Assembly: GCA_951406725.2 (NCBI GenBank)
Contig: OX597819.1
Coordinates: forward strand, 23,808,001-23,872,000
Direction of reading: 5' to 3'
Length of the DNA stretch: 64,000 nucleotides
Source: Octopus vulgaris
Taxonomy: Eukaryota
Numbering within the stretch: the first letter of the stretch is position 1; every line of letters starts with the position of its first letter. The position numbers and the translations under genes are program-made. The notes beneath the pieces were generated by a model, which searched no databases, was not told the DNA's origin, and was given only the letters and a program-made list of their open reading frames with translations. Positions 44,691 through 59,395 of the stretch are shown in pieces.

Positions 44691-44784
44691 CAGGGATGGG
44701 GAACCTTTTTGTGCATGAAGGCCACTCTACAATTCATCATCCCTGATAGAAGCCGCATTGAACAAATTATTATTCTTTTTTAAT

Positions 44785-45166
44785 GGAGGCGCAATGGCCA
44801 AGTGGTTAGGGCAGAGGACTCGCGGTCATGGGATCGCGGTTTCGATTCCCAGACCGGGCGTTGTGAGTGTTTATTGAGCGAAAACACCTAAAGTTCCACG
44901 AGGCTCCGGCAGGGGATGGTGGTGATCCCTGCGGTACTCTTTCACCACAACTTTCTCTCACTCTTACTTCCTGTTTCTGTTGTACCTGTATTTCAAAGGG
45001 CCGGCCTTGTCACTCTCTGTGTCACGCTGAATATCCCCGAGAACTACGTTAAGGGTACACGTGTCTGTGGAGTGCTCAGCGACTTACATGTTAATTTCAC
45101 GAGCAGGCTTTTCCGTTGATTCGGATCAACCGGAAACCTCGTCGTCGTAACCGACGGAGTGCTTCC
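44785..45166 (+). mobile_element. SINE family A, full length with TSD
   Basis: TSD attcttttttaa at 44772-44783 and 45167-45178. Confidence 0.9.
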
Positions 45167-45312
45167 ATTCTTTTTTAAAGCTATTTTATCCCCCAAGTAA
45201 TTTATTAGTGATCTATTAAAAGAAAGACAGGTGTGTAGAAATCGAAAGCATGACTTTTCAAATATTTTATTTAAGTAAGTAGGTGCATTGTATAAAAGTA
45301 ATAAGTAAATGG

Positions 45313-45628
45313 TGGAAGCGCAATCGCCCAGTGGTTAGGGCAGCAGACTCGCTGTCGGAGGATCGCGGTTTCGATTCCCAGACCGGCCGTTGTGTGTGTT
45401 TATAGAGCGAAAATACCTAAAGCTTCACGAGACTCCAGCAGGGGGAGGTGGCGACCTCTGTTGTACTCTTTCGCCCCAACTTTCTCTCACTTTTTCTTCC
45501 TGTTTCTTGGGTAACGCTGCGATGGACTGGCGTTCCGTCCAGCTTGGGGGAACGCATACACCATAGAAACCGGGAAACTGGGCCCATGAGCCTGGCTAGG
45601 CTTGAAAAGGGCGAAAAGAAGAAAGAAG
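45313..45628 (+). mobile_element. SINE with head H1 and alternative tail T2
   Basis: TSD aataagtaaatg at 45300-45311 and 45629-45640; tail gcgatggactggcg...gaaaccggg. Confidence 0.85.
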
Positions 45629-45942
45629 AATAAGTAAATGAAAAATAATCTTATAGAAAAGACAGCTCATGAACATCGAGAATATAACATTTGCAAATAT
45701 TTGATTTAGGCAAGTAGGTACTTTTTATACAAATTAATGATTTCTTTGAATTTGTTCCTTTTGAGAAAGCATTTTGATACCAGGCTCTAATACAGTGATT
45801 CTTAATTTCAATTGGTCCTCCAAACGCTCATCTGTTAATTGTGTTCTCAATGAATTCTTGATTTTCATCAGTATGTTGAAGAAAAGCAGGAAATTAGTCG
45901 GCGTGCATGTTCACGAAGGTGAGGATATTCTACTGCATTTTG

Positions 45943-46370
45943 TCCCAACCTTTTTGAAAGCAGATATTCCATTCCATCATCGTAGTTTAATAGAATGGTA
46001 CACCGCTGCTGCAGTCTGTTTGCCGTTTGCATGGGGATTCCTTTCTTGGATCTGTATATCGTTATTAGAGATCTATGGTCCATTTGTAACCGAAAACGTC
46101 GACCGTGAATGAACCTGTGAAATTTTTTCACGCCAAGTATGATAGCTAACGCCTTTTTTTCAATCTGGTTATAGCTCTTTTCCGCCGGCAATAATGTCCT
46201 TGGTGTGTGAGCTATGACCTTTCTTCTGCCCCCGTTATCCTTGTGTAGTGTCACGGCTCTTATCTCATACTCGCAAGCATCCGTAGCTAGTATTATCTCT
46301 GACTTTGGGTCGAAATGCTTAAGATACAAGTCTGAAGTTAACACATCGTTTAACTCGTTAAATGCTTTCT
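45943..46370 (-). pseudogene. Gypsy RNase H remnant
   Basis: HFDPKSEIILATDACEY, AEKSYNQIEKKALAII, FHRFIHGRRFRLQMDHRSL, ANRLQQR. Confidence 0.88.
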
Positions 46371-46829
46371 AGTTCGTTATTGAGCTGATCTACCGCCGCA
46401 CATCTACGGCACATTCCGTTTGGGTCTGAAAATAGGTGTTGAATTATCTTTGATAGCAAATCCTGCTTTTGTTTTTGTTTTTAGCCTAAACCTTCCGAGA
46501 AAACTTTTGGGAAAGTCCTTCATTTTTTTTTTGTTTCTGTTCATCGGCCTCGTTCGACTGCTCCATTTCGTTATTGCACAAAGCGCTTATGGATGCATCC
46601 CATTAATTAAATTTCTCTATACTTTCGATGCCAAATAAATTCATGGATTTTTTTCAACACATAAACGTTCAAATTTTTTGGTTCGACCGTTGAACATTAT
46701 ACTTCACCAGTGAAATGTAATTTTTTTTCCGTGACACCATATGCTATTTTGTTTGAATTACATAATTTTGGTTTACCCATTTGTTCCTATGTCTTCTCGT
46801 TTATGATTGTGATATCACTTCCCGTGTCT

Positions 46830-47216
46830 GGATGGAAGCACTCCGTCGGTTACGACGACGAGGTTTCCGGTTGATCCGAATCAACGGAAAAGCCTGCTCG
46901 TGAAATTAACGTGTAAGTGGCTGAGCACTCCACAGACACGTGTACCCTTAACGTAGTTCTCGGGGATATTCAGCGTGACACAGAGAGTGACAAGGCCGGC
47001 CCTTTGAAATACAGGTACAACAGAAACAGGAAGTAAGAGTGAGAGAAAGTTGTGGTGAAAGAGTACAGCAGGGATCACCACCATCCCCTGCCGGAGCCTC
47101 GTGGAGCTTTTAGGTGTTTTCGCTCAATAAACACTCACAACGCCCGGTCTGGGAATCGAAACCGCGATCCTATGACCGCGAGTCCGCTGCCCTAACCACT
47201 GGGCCATTGCGCCTCC
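46830..47216 (-). mobile_element. SINE family A inserted in the Gypsy protease active-site codons
   Basis: TSD tcccgtgtct at 46820-46829 and 47219-47228; removing the SINE restores approximately QLDTGSDITII. Confidence 0.9.
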
Positions 47217-47379
47217 ACTCCCGTGTCTAATTGCCTTCTGACACTAGTGTTTTCAATTCTCACATTCATAAATTTTCTGTTTGTTGTAGTCACAACTTTT
47301 TCTGCTAATAAACTATTTATTCTTGTTTTTTTTCTTCTTTGTTCCATTTTCCTATCATTCTAGATTTGCAGCGCCATTT

Positions 47380-48228
47380 TACATGTCCTGTAAACCCGCC
47401 GCGAAAACACTTTGTATTTTTATACGGACAATATTTTTTAGGTGCATCCCACCTCATGCTTTACATGGGTCAACATTCCGATATTTTTCCTGTTTTTCCT
47501 GCAACACTTCATTTATCTTCCGCCTTTTTTTTCACTGGTATTATGTGGAAACACTTTCCGTTGAATTTCTTCCGTGTCATGCCTTAATTTTAATATCCTG
47601 TCACACTTTTCCGACAGTTTCTGCAATGTGAAATCCTGGTTTATTTCCAGTTTTGATAGAATATCTGTTCGGATTTCAGCATCTCTTCTATCTGTCAATC
47701 TTTGAGCAAAAATCAAACACTTGAAAGAATCTGGAGTAAGCATATCTAGTCTAACTCTCTCACATTCTTTGTTGACTCTGCCTGTGCAAGTAGTGAGGTC
47801 TTCATCATCGCTGTTTTCTCTGTTTAAAATAAATTTCCATCTAGTATTAAACAGTGAGGTCTTTTCACTAATTTGCACAAAATGTCAACTGTGTCGGTGA
47901 AATTTATGTGACCATACTTCTCATGCTCTGCTGTCGCTAGTTTTCTTGACACTAGACGAGTTTTCATTTCGTCCGTCCAGTATTGACATTCTTTTTAAAA
48001 AATTTGTTGAAATCTTCGTAAGTAAGCCTCGAAAGTAACTCCTTCTTCGGGGTCATATTTGAATTCGCTTATTGAATTTGTTACATGGTCAGGGGAAAAT
48101 GTTTCCTCAAGATTGGTTATTAACTTCATTAAGTGTAATATTGGCAGCTGCAATACTTGTTCTCGTTGTTCCTTGAGTTGTTGTTGCTGTTTTTGCAACC
48201 CAACTATCCCAGATAACAGGTCTTCCAT
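47380..48228 (-). pseudogene. Gypsy gag remnants
   Basis: SISEFKYDPEEGVTFEAYLRRF and FKCLIFAQRL...DAEIRTDILSKLE, plus a degenerate Cys/His knuckle; contains stops and frameshifts. Confidence 0.8.
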
Positions 48229-48358
48229 ATTTTACGATTTTCGTAAGTTTGCACAACGAAACTTTGTTTCTTATCTGTCGAGGTATCTAATTTTCCACTT
48301 GAATTAGTTTAAACTCTCCGTGTGAATGCTTTTTTTTCCTCCGTGTAAATTTGTTTTT

Positions 48359-48369
48359 CCTTGTCGCCA
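48359..48369 (-). promoter_or_regulatory. Primer-binding site, probably tRNA-Ser(GCU)
   Basis: TGGCGACAAGG 1 nt after the 5' LTR; one mismatch to the complement of a tRNA-Ser(GCU) 3' end (...CCUCGUCGCCA), recalled from memory. Confidence 0.65.
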
Positions 48370-48370
48370 C

Positions 48371-48685
48371 TGTTTTTACCACTTTTGTATCTGTCTTTTG
48401 ACGACGGTTATCGCTCTGACAGATATTGTAATATTCCGAAGTTGTCGATAGGATGGTTCTATCTGGTACTATACGACCCCTAGTCGTACAGTGTTATTAT
48501 CTTCAAAAGGTTGGATCGTTATAACGTTCACTCAGTATCACAGTATAGTTACTATATCAACACAGACACGACTCTCAACATAGTCTACACGTACTCTCGA
48601 CATGTCGACCGGCTTCTGGTATATTTATAATGACTGTCTACTACCACTTCTTACCGGGAGGGGTATACAGTTTCACTATACAACA
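48371..48685 (-). repeat. 5' LTR
   Basis: Homologous to 42959-43290; TG...CA ends; followed by the PBS. Confidence 0.88.
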
Positions 48686-49798
48686 GTTTATAAAGTCAGA
48701 AACATCACTAGCATCTGAAAAGATTAATGGTATGATACAGCCGCAGGGATCAGTTCGGTAAAACCGTTGTTGATTTTCCTCAGGGAAATCCAGAGCACAA
48801 AAAAATCTATAATCAAGTCCAAAGCATTCAAGACATGACGAAAATCAACATTTTGTTTTTGTCTTTTTTCTTTTATCTTCTCTCTTTTACTTGTTTTAGT
48901 TATTGACCCTAAGCCATTCTGGGCTACCGCTTTAAAGGTTTAATCGAACAAATTTGAGCTCAGTATTTAATTACAAGACTGGTACTTATTTTGTCGGTTT
49001 CTTTTGCCGAACTGCTACGTTACAGGGACACGAGTCGAGTACTGAGGTCTATGTAGCCGACTAGCCCCAATCACCTCTCCCCAACTTGCAGGAAAGTTTA
49101 GAGCTAAAAGGAATACACGGAAATATAGCTACCAGTTTCACGCTTTTGTATTGGAATTCCACCAGGTACTATAATTTTTTCTCTTTACATACCAGTAGCA
49201 ATCAATAAAATCGATAAAACAAGTAACAATAATACCAATAATATCAATAGCATACTGAGATCAATTCAATTCAATCATATATCCTACACTCTGCAAAGAA
49301 AAAAAAAAAGGAATATGTTTTTTTATGAATTTGTACAAATAAATCACCAATACCTATAAAAAGTTTTGTTTATTAGGTTGAGGTTATAAAATGACACGCA
49401 CATACGCCCACGCACACATACATAGACACACACAGATAAATATATATGCATAATGCATACACATACAAACATATTAAAAAACTAAAAAGAAGAAAATGCT
49501 TTGAGAAGTCTATCATGATAAAAATGTAAATGTATTCTTTTGTCCATGGTAAAGTTTTAAAGCATTTTATTTTTGTTTTTTAATATAAATTTACCCGTCT
49601 AAAACCTATTAACCTTTTCAATATAATACATACACACATTATATCTGTCTATCTATCTATCTTATGTATAAGAAATATTTAAGACTCAGTTGAATTAGGT
49701 GCTTAAGTTGAGGCACCAAGTCTGACCAGTATTGTCCGTACAGCTCGAAGTTAAATGAATGAAAAGCAAATAAGTAACAAGGATCTCCAGGTATTAGT

Positions 49799-49883
49799 GC
49801 AGTACGGCCGTTTCAAGCGGCTCCATTTAATCGATCATTGCAAATAATACATCAATTTGAAATAAACTGCTCTCTTCAGATGC
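49799..49883 (-). ncRNA. Type I hammerhead ribozyme motif
   Basis: Minus strand reads gcat-CTGAAGA-gagc...gctt-GAAAC-ggcc-GTA-ctgc, with palindromic stem III acggccgt and one mismatch at the base of stem I. Confidence 0.65.
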
Positions 49884-50127
49884 GACACAAATAATTTGTT
49901 TATAGTGATCAGATGTTTGTGCTATATATTAGCTCACCTCCTCCATAAAAATCGACGTTTGCACGAACAGGTGCTCAGTGTACCACACGTCAGAATGTCG
50001 AAGTAATTGCAGAGCAGCGTGAGATGAGCTGTTTTGGTCAACGCACTACCCTGTCTAGGAATTGAAATCTCGATCTCGCAATCCTCAGTGCAACACTCTA
50101 ACAAACATGCCATACACCTTCACGCAT

Positions 50128-50173
<46 letters not shown>

Positions 50174-50206
50174 CCCCCCACACACATGACAAGTTTCTTT
50201 CACTTT

Positions 50207-50626
50207 CTTATTTCTTTACTGCCCACAACGAGCTACACACAGAGGGGACAAACAAGGACAGACAAACGGATTAAGTCGATTGTATCGACTCCAGTACGTA
50301 ACTGGTACTTATTTAATCGACTCCGAAAGGATGAAAGGCAAAGTTGACCTCAGCGGAATTTGAACTCAGAACGTAGCGGCAGACAAAATACCTATTTCTT
50401 TACTACTCGCAAGGGGCCAAACACAGAGAAGACAAACAAGGACAGACAAAACGGATTAAGTTGATCAGATCGACTCCTGTACGCAACTGGTACTTAATTT
50501 ATTGACCCCGAAAGGATGAAAGGCAAAGTAGACCTCGGCGGAATTTGAACTCAGAACGTAACGGCAGACGGAATACTGCTAAGTATTTCGCCCGGCGTGC
50601 TAACGACTCTGCCAGCTCGCCGCCTT
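50207..50626 (-). mobile_element. SINE family C (two body units)
   Basis: Reverse complement of the family C consensus. Confidence 0.85.
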
Positions 50627-51008
50627 TGTTTCTTTTACGTTCTGTCTACCAAATCCATTCAGAAGGCTTTGGTCGACCCAAGACTATAGTGGAAGACACT
50701 TACCTACAGTGTTACACAGTGAGATTGAACCTGGAACCATGTGGTTGGAACGCAAGATTCTCAGCACACAGCGACGCCTGTGCCTCTGGTGTATTACATA
50801 GTGATTTCTTACATAGGCGCAAGGTAAAAAATTTCAAGAAGAGAACAATCTAGAACTTCATGGAAAGTTGAAAGGAAAGGTCGAGCCAAGGTATGAACGC
50901 AGAATGTAGAATCGTAGCTAGATAATACACGGAACATTTTGTTCGACGCTCTAAACATTCTTCATAGGTACCGTCCCTAACGTATATATATGATAACGTG
51001 TCTGTTCA

Positions 51009-51403
51009 TCTTTATATATAAAAGTGTTCTGTGTCTGTCTCCTACGATTTAGATTCCTGACTCCTCCCACATTTTTCGGTGTAGTTTAACCAAAAGCGGG
51101 TATCTTATAGTCGTGATTCATATCGACCCCTTCTGGGTATTAGCGCGCGTCTATGATGAGTCTACGATTTTAAAAATAATTTACCATAATTTTTTCCATT
51201 TTAATGCATTTTTTCGCTATTATATAAGGGAAGTAACTCTCTATAAATGTCTACGATGAGTCAACGATTTAAAAAAAAAATTTACCATAATTTTTTTTCC
51301 ATTTTTAATGCATTTTTTTGCTATTTTTTTGCTATAACTCTCTAAAAATGTTTATATAGTTATTTCCCTTACAAACCCGAGCAACGCCGGGCGATACTGT
51401 TAG
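51009..51403 (+). mobile_element. Non-autonomous Helitron
   Basis: Colinear with 6755-7152; TC start, hairpin, TTAG end. Confidence 0.8.
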
Positions 51404-51695
51404 TATACATATATAATACATACAACACACACAGATAGACACACACACATACACACACGCACACACACACGCACATATTCGTAGCATACTCGCACAAGTG
51501 CGCATGCACTCACACGCCCGGTCGGGTAACAGAATCGCTAGAGCGTTTGACAAACGTAGCGCCCTTTGCGTTCCGGTTCCAGCTCTTTGCTTCCTCAGTT
51601 CAAATCCCGCTGAGGTCGACATTGCTTTTCATCCTTCCGGAATCAATAAATATAAACCGCAACCAAATACTCGGATCTTTCTTTCTTTCTTTTTT

Positions 51696-51834
<139 letters not shown>

Positions 51835-52026
51835 TCCTTCCTTCCTTCCTTCCTTCCTTCCTTCCTTCCTTCCTTCCTTCCTTCCTTCCTTCCTTCCTTT
51901 CTTCATTCCTTTCTTCTTTCTTTCTTTCTTTCTTTCTTTCTTTCCTTCCTTCTTTCTTTCTTTCTTTCTTTCCTTCTTCCTTTTTTCCTTCCTTTCTTCC
52001 TTTCTTTCTTTCTTGCTTTCTTTCTT

Positions 52027-52069
<43 letters not shown>

Positions 52070-52341
52070 TCCTCTCTTCCCCCTTCACTCTCTGTGTCGG
52101 TGTATTTATTTGTCTCTGTCTCTGTCTTCCCTCCTGCCTCCCTTTTTCTCTCAGTTATTCTCAGCCTGTGAGAACGTCGTAGAACCTACTAAGCTTATCC
52201 ATATTCTCCAAGACAACCGTTACCATTCTATCACAGACGAAGAATGTGTTAATATGGTGGTCTTTGACACAGTGTAACATCATGATAATGATGTGGAGGA
52301 GGAGGAAGTGGATGAGGATGATATAAGTTTGTATGAATGCA

Positions 52342-52419
<78 letters not shown>

Positions 52420-52512
52420 CTTGTTCGTGTGTCTGACTGCTTGTCTATCCGTCCGCCTGTCTATTTCTCTGTCAACCTACTCACCTATCTGTCTGTCAGT
52501 CTGTCTGTCTGC

Positions 52513-52635
<123 letters not shown>

Positions 52636-52843
52636 CATACACATCCATACATGTAAATGCTTATATATGTATTTATGTACATATATAAAAATGCACCCAC
52701 ACACATTTATAAATACATAAATATATTTATATATGAGTGTGTCTATTATATTCTGAAATCGTTCAATATATATGTATATATACACACACACACATATATA
52801 TATATGTATGTATGTATGTATATATATGTATATAATTGTATAT

Positions 52844-52879
<36 letters not shown>

Positions 52880-53174
52880 TATATAGACATGCATGTAAAT
52901 AAATATATATATGTGTGTATATATATATATATACACGTATATACATGTGTGTATGCGCATATGGAATACGTCTGAGTATATGTGTGTATATATATATGTG
53001 TGTGTGTGTTTGAGCAATTTGATTCATATCTAAAAAATGGTGGCAGCGAAAGTGATAATGATAATAGTTTAGCGAGGGCAGGCAGTAATGGTCGTAGAAT
53101 TGTGGGATGAGAGGAGGAGAGGGGCTATGTCCCTCCATCCCACATTCTCTCTCCTTCTTTCTCTTCCTCTTCCC

Positions 53175-53205
<31 letters not shown>

Positions 53206-53346
53206 ATTCTCTAGAGAAGACCACGACTCTATTAAATCCTGATTGGGTGCCAAAGGAAGCGTCTAACAATAAGTTATGTTGTAAAGAGGTGCTTAGCTGG
53301 TTATTAATGAATCTCGTGCAAAAATAATAATAATAATAATAATAAC

Positions 53347-53394
<48 letters not shown>

Positions 53395-53653
53395 CATAGG
53401 GAGTATGCCAACATTTTGACGGTTGCTCTTTGTTGCTTTCAGTTTTTTTCTTCATTTATTCTTTCCGGCAATAAATCATATTTTTCTGTAATTTTAATAA
53501 TTCGGGACAGTGTAACCATAGGGGGATTAAGGCTCAAGTAAGGGGAGAGGTGTATGTGTATATGCATGCTTCTGCGTGCGTATGTGTGTGTGTGTGTGTG
53601 TGAGAGACTATGTGTATGTGCATGTATATATGTATGTATGCATATATGCATGG

Positions 53654-53685
<32 letters not shown>

Positions 53686-54206
53686 GAATGTAGTTATTTA
53701 CGTAGGTATGTTTATAGGTAGGAATGTAGGAGAGTGTGTTTGTACGCATGTATGCATGTGTATATATTTATGTATGCATTTATGTATGGGTGTGTATGTA
53801 TGCAAGTAGGTTGGTAGGTATGAATGCAGGTATGCATGTATGTATATATACGTGTGTGCATATATGTGTGTATGTATGAGTGTGTGTATATGTATGTTTG
53901 TGTACTTATGTATTTTTTATAAGTGTATCCATGTGTGTATGTAGGTTGGTAGGTGTGTTAGTACATATGCATATTTGTATGTTGTATATGTTTGTACGTG
54001 TGTGTGTGTGTGTGCATATAGTTGTGTATTTATTCATCTATGTGTGTGTGTGTGTGTGTATGTATTTATGCATATGTGTTGGTATGTGGGCGTATGCACA
54101 AATGCATATGAACGTGTCTGTATATATGAATGCACATGGGTATGTAAGTGTGTATGAATATATATATATACGTATATAAAAAATCTTGCACAACAAATAT
54201 TTAAAC

Positions 54207-54304
<98 letters not shown>

Positions 54305-54744
54305 ATATATATACGTGTGTGCATGTATGTGTACATACATATATATCTACAAATATGTGTGTATGCATGTGTATGCGTATATTTGTATGTACATGTATGC
54401 TTATGAGTACGGCTGTACATATGTATTTGTGTATCTGTAGCGAACAGATAAGATAGACAGATAGATAAAGAGAGACAGAGGGAGAGAGAGAAAAAGATAT
54501 ATATATATATATATATAGAGAGAGATAGATAGATATAGAGAGAGAGAGAGAGAGAATAAGAGAGACAGAGATATGCGTAGAATCAATGTAGTGTAGAAAA
54601 ATAATGAGATATTTGAAAAAGAAAAAACGATGAAATATAAGATAAGATGTGAACTGTTGGAAACGAAGTTGAATATATAGGGTAACACCCTTCCATATGT
54701 ATATCTAAGTGTGTGCGGATATATATATATGTGCGTGTGTATAT

Positions 54745-54823
<79 letters not shown>

Positions 54824-54920
54824 GGAGTAAACACATAAATGTGAAACAAGGTGGAAAAAAAGAGTACTCAAATACCAGTGGTAGAGTAATATGCTTTATT
54901 CAAAGCAGCAGAAAATTCAA

Positions 54921-54969
54921 CAAAATCTGTTACTCTGAGTTTCCCGTTGCCGTTCTTCGGACAGTTTTG
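54921..54969 (-). ncRNA. Hammerhead motif with one core substitution
   Basis: Minus strand reads ctgt-CCGAAGA-a cg gcaa cg g-GAAAC-tcaga-GTA-acag; lies in a ~150 bp segment following a (TA)n tract. Confidence 0.6.
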
Positions 54970-55256
54970 CATGTATATATACACCCATATATATACATGC
55001 ATATACATAAATACATACATGCATATATACATAAACACACACACATATACACACATATATATATATATATACGTGTATTCAACATATTCCCTTCTCGGAT
55101 TCACACACTTAAGCAGTCCTTCAGATTTTCTAAGCCCTGTAAAAAGACTAGGAAGGTTGAGCCTCCAACCAGGCCTTCCGCGACAACCTTAAAGCCAGGA
55201 ACTTTTCATCACCATTTCGTATATATATATATTTTTTTTTTTTTTTCAAAATGTGA

Positions 55257-55554
<298 letters not shown>

Positions 55555-55562
55555 TGTATGTG

Positions 55563-55593
<31 letters not shown>

Positions 55594-56504
55594 TTGTGTG
55601 TTTATGTACGTATGTGTGTGTCTTTGTGTGCGTCCACATTGTTTTATGTATATATACATACATGCCTACCTTAATGTATGTACGTATGTATGCATCTCTC
55701 TCTCTGTCTCTCTCTCTCTCTCTATCTGTCCTCTCTCTCTCTCTCTATCTGTCCATAACTCCACTCATACACATGTATATGACATACATATCACAATGAA
55801 TACACCCAAAAGGTACATCTGCTATTAACGGGAGTATGTGTACCTGTGTATCTGCACTAGTATGTATATGTGTGCATATATGCGTGAATTTATATATGCA
55901 TGTATGTATTTATATATTTGAGTGTTTGTATGTTCATACGTGTGCGTGTTCATGTTTATGTGAATAAGTCTTATAAACCAAAAAAATATTAAGACAAATG
56001 AATCATTATTCATTATCTGCGTAGCCATGAAGCAGCGAAGGGACTGACTGGTTAAACTCAGATAATGATGAAGAATACACACAGAGAAGAAACGGACGTT
56101 TGTTAGCTCAAGGATTCTCTTGGCAGACAGTAGAAACAACGGAAGTCCACTTTGCCATTTATGAGTTACTAAACGATGATGGACGTCGACCATGAGATTA
56201 TGCATGAAAATGTATTTGTGTTCTGCAATTTTTTGTTGTTGATTAGCCGTAGATCAACCCCGGTCCGGTCGAGTATACGCATGATGCAAGGTGTCGAAAC
56301 TGTGACTGTCTTGTATATCTAGTATATATGTTTTAATGCGTGGCTGTGTGATAAGAAGCTTGCTTCCCAACTACATGGTTTTAGGCTCAGTCCCAATGCC
56401 TGGCACCCACCTTGAGCAAGCGTCTTCTATTATAGCCTCGGGCCGACCAAAACCTCGTGAGTGGATTTTGTAGACGGAAACCGAAAGAAGCCCGTCTTAT
56501 ATAT

Positions 56505-56905
56505 AATCTTTTACTCTTTTACTTGTTTCAGTCATTTGACTGCGGCCATGCTGGAGCACCGCCTTTAGTCGACCAAATCGACCCCATGACTTATTCTTTG
56601 TAAGCCTAGTACTTATTCTATCGGTCTCTTTTGCCGAACTGCTAAGTTACGGGGACGTAAACACACCAGCATTGGTCGTCAAGCGATGTTGCGGGGACAA
56701 ACACAGACGCACATAACATATACATATATATATATATATACATATATACGACGGGCTTCTTTCAGTTTCCGTCTACAAATCCACTCACAAGGCTTTGATC
56801 AGCCAAAGGCTATAGTAGTAGACACTTGCTCAAGGTGCCACGCAGTGGGACGGAATTCAGAACCATGTGGTTGGTAAGCAAGCTACTTACCGCACAGCCA
56901 CTTCT
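56505..56905 (-). mobile_element. SINE family B (a partial plus-strand copy lies at 56337-56500)
   Basis: Reverse complement of 29197-29600. Confidence 0.85.
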
Positions 56906-57933
56906 ATATATATATGAAAGAACATTATTATTCATAAACATTATTGGCCGCAAGCATAAAAGCAGTATAAGCAAAATAAATAAATATATATAAAATATAG
57001 AAATATATTTATATATAATAGGGTACTAAATAAGAACCTGTTTCGTTAAAGATAAGAGTCAAAACATGCCGAAACCACAGAAGAAGCACTTAATACAGGC
57101 ATGATAGGAAAATTGATAAAGATATGATGGGGAAAAAAAATCAAGCGAATATGAATTGCATCTTACCTCTGCAAGAGTTACAGAAGGAAGGTCAGTTAAT
57201 CTGATATCATGATTTCGAATTTAGCACCAAATGTACCCTTATATATTTTATATATATTTATTAATTTTGCCTATACGGTTTTTGTTTGCAATTATTTCAG
57301 TTGATGGAACAACTGAATCCTCATCGTCGAACGACGGAGAACCGTTCATCCATCCGTCCGTCAGTTGTCTGTCAACTTATTTTATCGACTTCGAAAGGAT
57401 GAAAGTCAAAGTCGATTTCTATGGAATTTGAACGCAGAACGTAAAGATGAACGAAATATCGCCAAGTGTTTTATCCGATGTATTAACAATTCTTCCAGGT
57501 CGCCATATTTTTAATAATGCTTTCTCATTTTGGCAAAAGACGTGTAATTTGTCAATACTATCGACTCTAGCACTTGACTGATTACTTTATTTTATTGACC
57601 TCGGAAGATTGAATGGCAAAAAGGGACCCGGTAGGATTTGAACTACATTTTATAAAGCGCTTCAACAAATAACGTAAAACATTGTTTCTGACGCTTTAAC
57701 CATTCCGCCAAAGCCATAAAAAATTCCATCTGTTTGTCATTGTGTATATATATATATATATCTCCTTATCCCTGTGGTATGTATCCCTAACCGCATGCAC
57801 AGATAGGGATATATACCAGAGAAAGATAAAATGGAATAAGCAAGACAAGAGGTGAAACGTGGGATAAAGAGTCGTTGAAGAGGTCTCAGGATGTGTGACG
57901 AAAGAAGTTTGACGCAGAAACTAAAATACTCTT

Positions 57934-58113
<180 letters not shown>

Positions 58114-58211
58114 TTCATTATCATCTTCCTTCAATTCTTTTTCCATTCCTTACCGAGTGTCTTCCTGACACCTAAGGTAGAGAAACGCATTGTATGATGA
58201 TGATGATGATG

Positions 58212-58243
<32 letters not shown>

Positions 58244-58314
58244 GCTGAAGTGAAGACCAAATATAGAGTGCGAGTGTTAACAGTATATCGATCCACACAC
58301 ACACATATATACGT

Positions 58315-58351
<37 letters not shown>

Positions 58352-58391
58352 CATATATATGTGTGTAACTGTGTATATATATATGCTTATG

Positions 58392-58423
<32 letters not shown>

Positions 58424-58429
58424 TGTATG

Positions 58430-58460
<31 letters not shown>

Positions 58461-59077
58461 GTAGGTATGGATGTATGTGTGTGCGCGTGTGTATGTATAT
58501 CCTGTTGTCGTACACGAGTGCCTGTACAATAGGAATGGCCGTCCTGTACTTTCTACGAAAATAATCCCCGCAAAATTTTCCAATATTGAAAGAAAAATAA
58601 GAAATACGCCAGACAGACATGCATAGACGCACATACAACCCTCTACTGCACAAATACACGTATACACAAAGACACAGACATATGCACACACAGACACGTG
58701 TGCGACAGTGTGTTACAGCTACACGAGTTATGTAGTTCTTCCAAGGGGCGTATTCTTTGTGAGAAAACCCATAGGGATTATACTGGAAAGTATAATCTTA
58801 TTATACCACATCATTAAAAGTTATTAGTTGAATGGCAATTGAGGAAATAGGAATGAAAGAAAATTTAGGGGAACCAACAAGTTGTATTGAATACTAATAC
58901 TACTACTACTACTAATAATAATGATTTCATATATTTGCTACAAGGGTGAAAGATGAGAGGGACAATACAAAGACAGACATTAAGTGTGAAACTTTACATA
59001 TAATTTCGTTTCTGGATTTGGTTTGCAAGATTCTTTATGCGAGTTCGTGTGTTGAAGCATATTCTGTTGTGTGTGAA

Positions 59078-59395
59078 GGAGCGTGGCTTAGGGGTTAGGG
59101 CATTCGGCTCACGATTGTAAGGTCATGAGTTCAATTCCCGGTGACGCGTTGTGTCCTTGAGCAAGACACTTTATCTCACTTTGTTTCAGTCCACTCAGTT
59201 GGCAAAAATGAGTTGTACCTGTATCTCAAAGGGCCGGCCTTGTCGCAGTCTGTGTCAAGCTGAATATCCCTCAGAACTACGTTAGGGGTACGTGTCTGTG
59301 GATTGCTCAGTCACTTGCACGTTAATTTCACGAGCAATCTGTTCCGTTTATCGTATCAGCTGGGACCCTCGTCGTCGTAACCGACGGAGTGCTCC
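59078..59395 (+). mobile_element. SINE with head H2 and tail T1
   Basis: tRNA-like head gcgtggcttaggggttaggg...gagttcaattccc; flanking duplication tattctgttgtgt near 59060 and 59396. Confidence 0.82.

Larger units (their letters stand above)
44691..45942 (-). mobile_element. hAT (Charlie/SPIN-like) transposon 3' fragment nested in the Gypsy pol
   Basis: TIR-like CAGGGATGGGGAACC at 44691. 45736-45942 (minus) reads YPHLREHARRLISCFSSTY..KNSLRTQLTDERLEDQLKLR, resembling the hAT dimerisation domain. Splits the Gypsy sequence SKRLG / SRLIP. Confidence 0.72.
42959..48685 (-). mobile_element. Decayed Gypsy (Mag-like) LTR retrotransposon
   Basis: Two homologous LTRs, TSD GTTTA at 42954-42958 and 48686-48690, PBS, PPT, and gag-PR-(RT missing)-RH-IN order. 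Confidence 0.92.
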
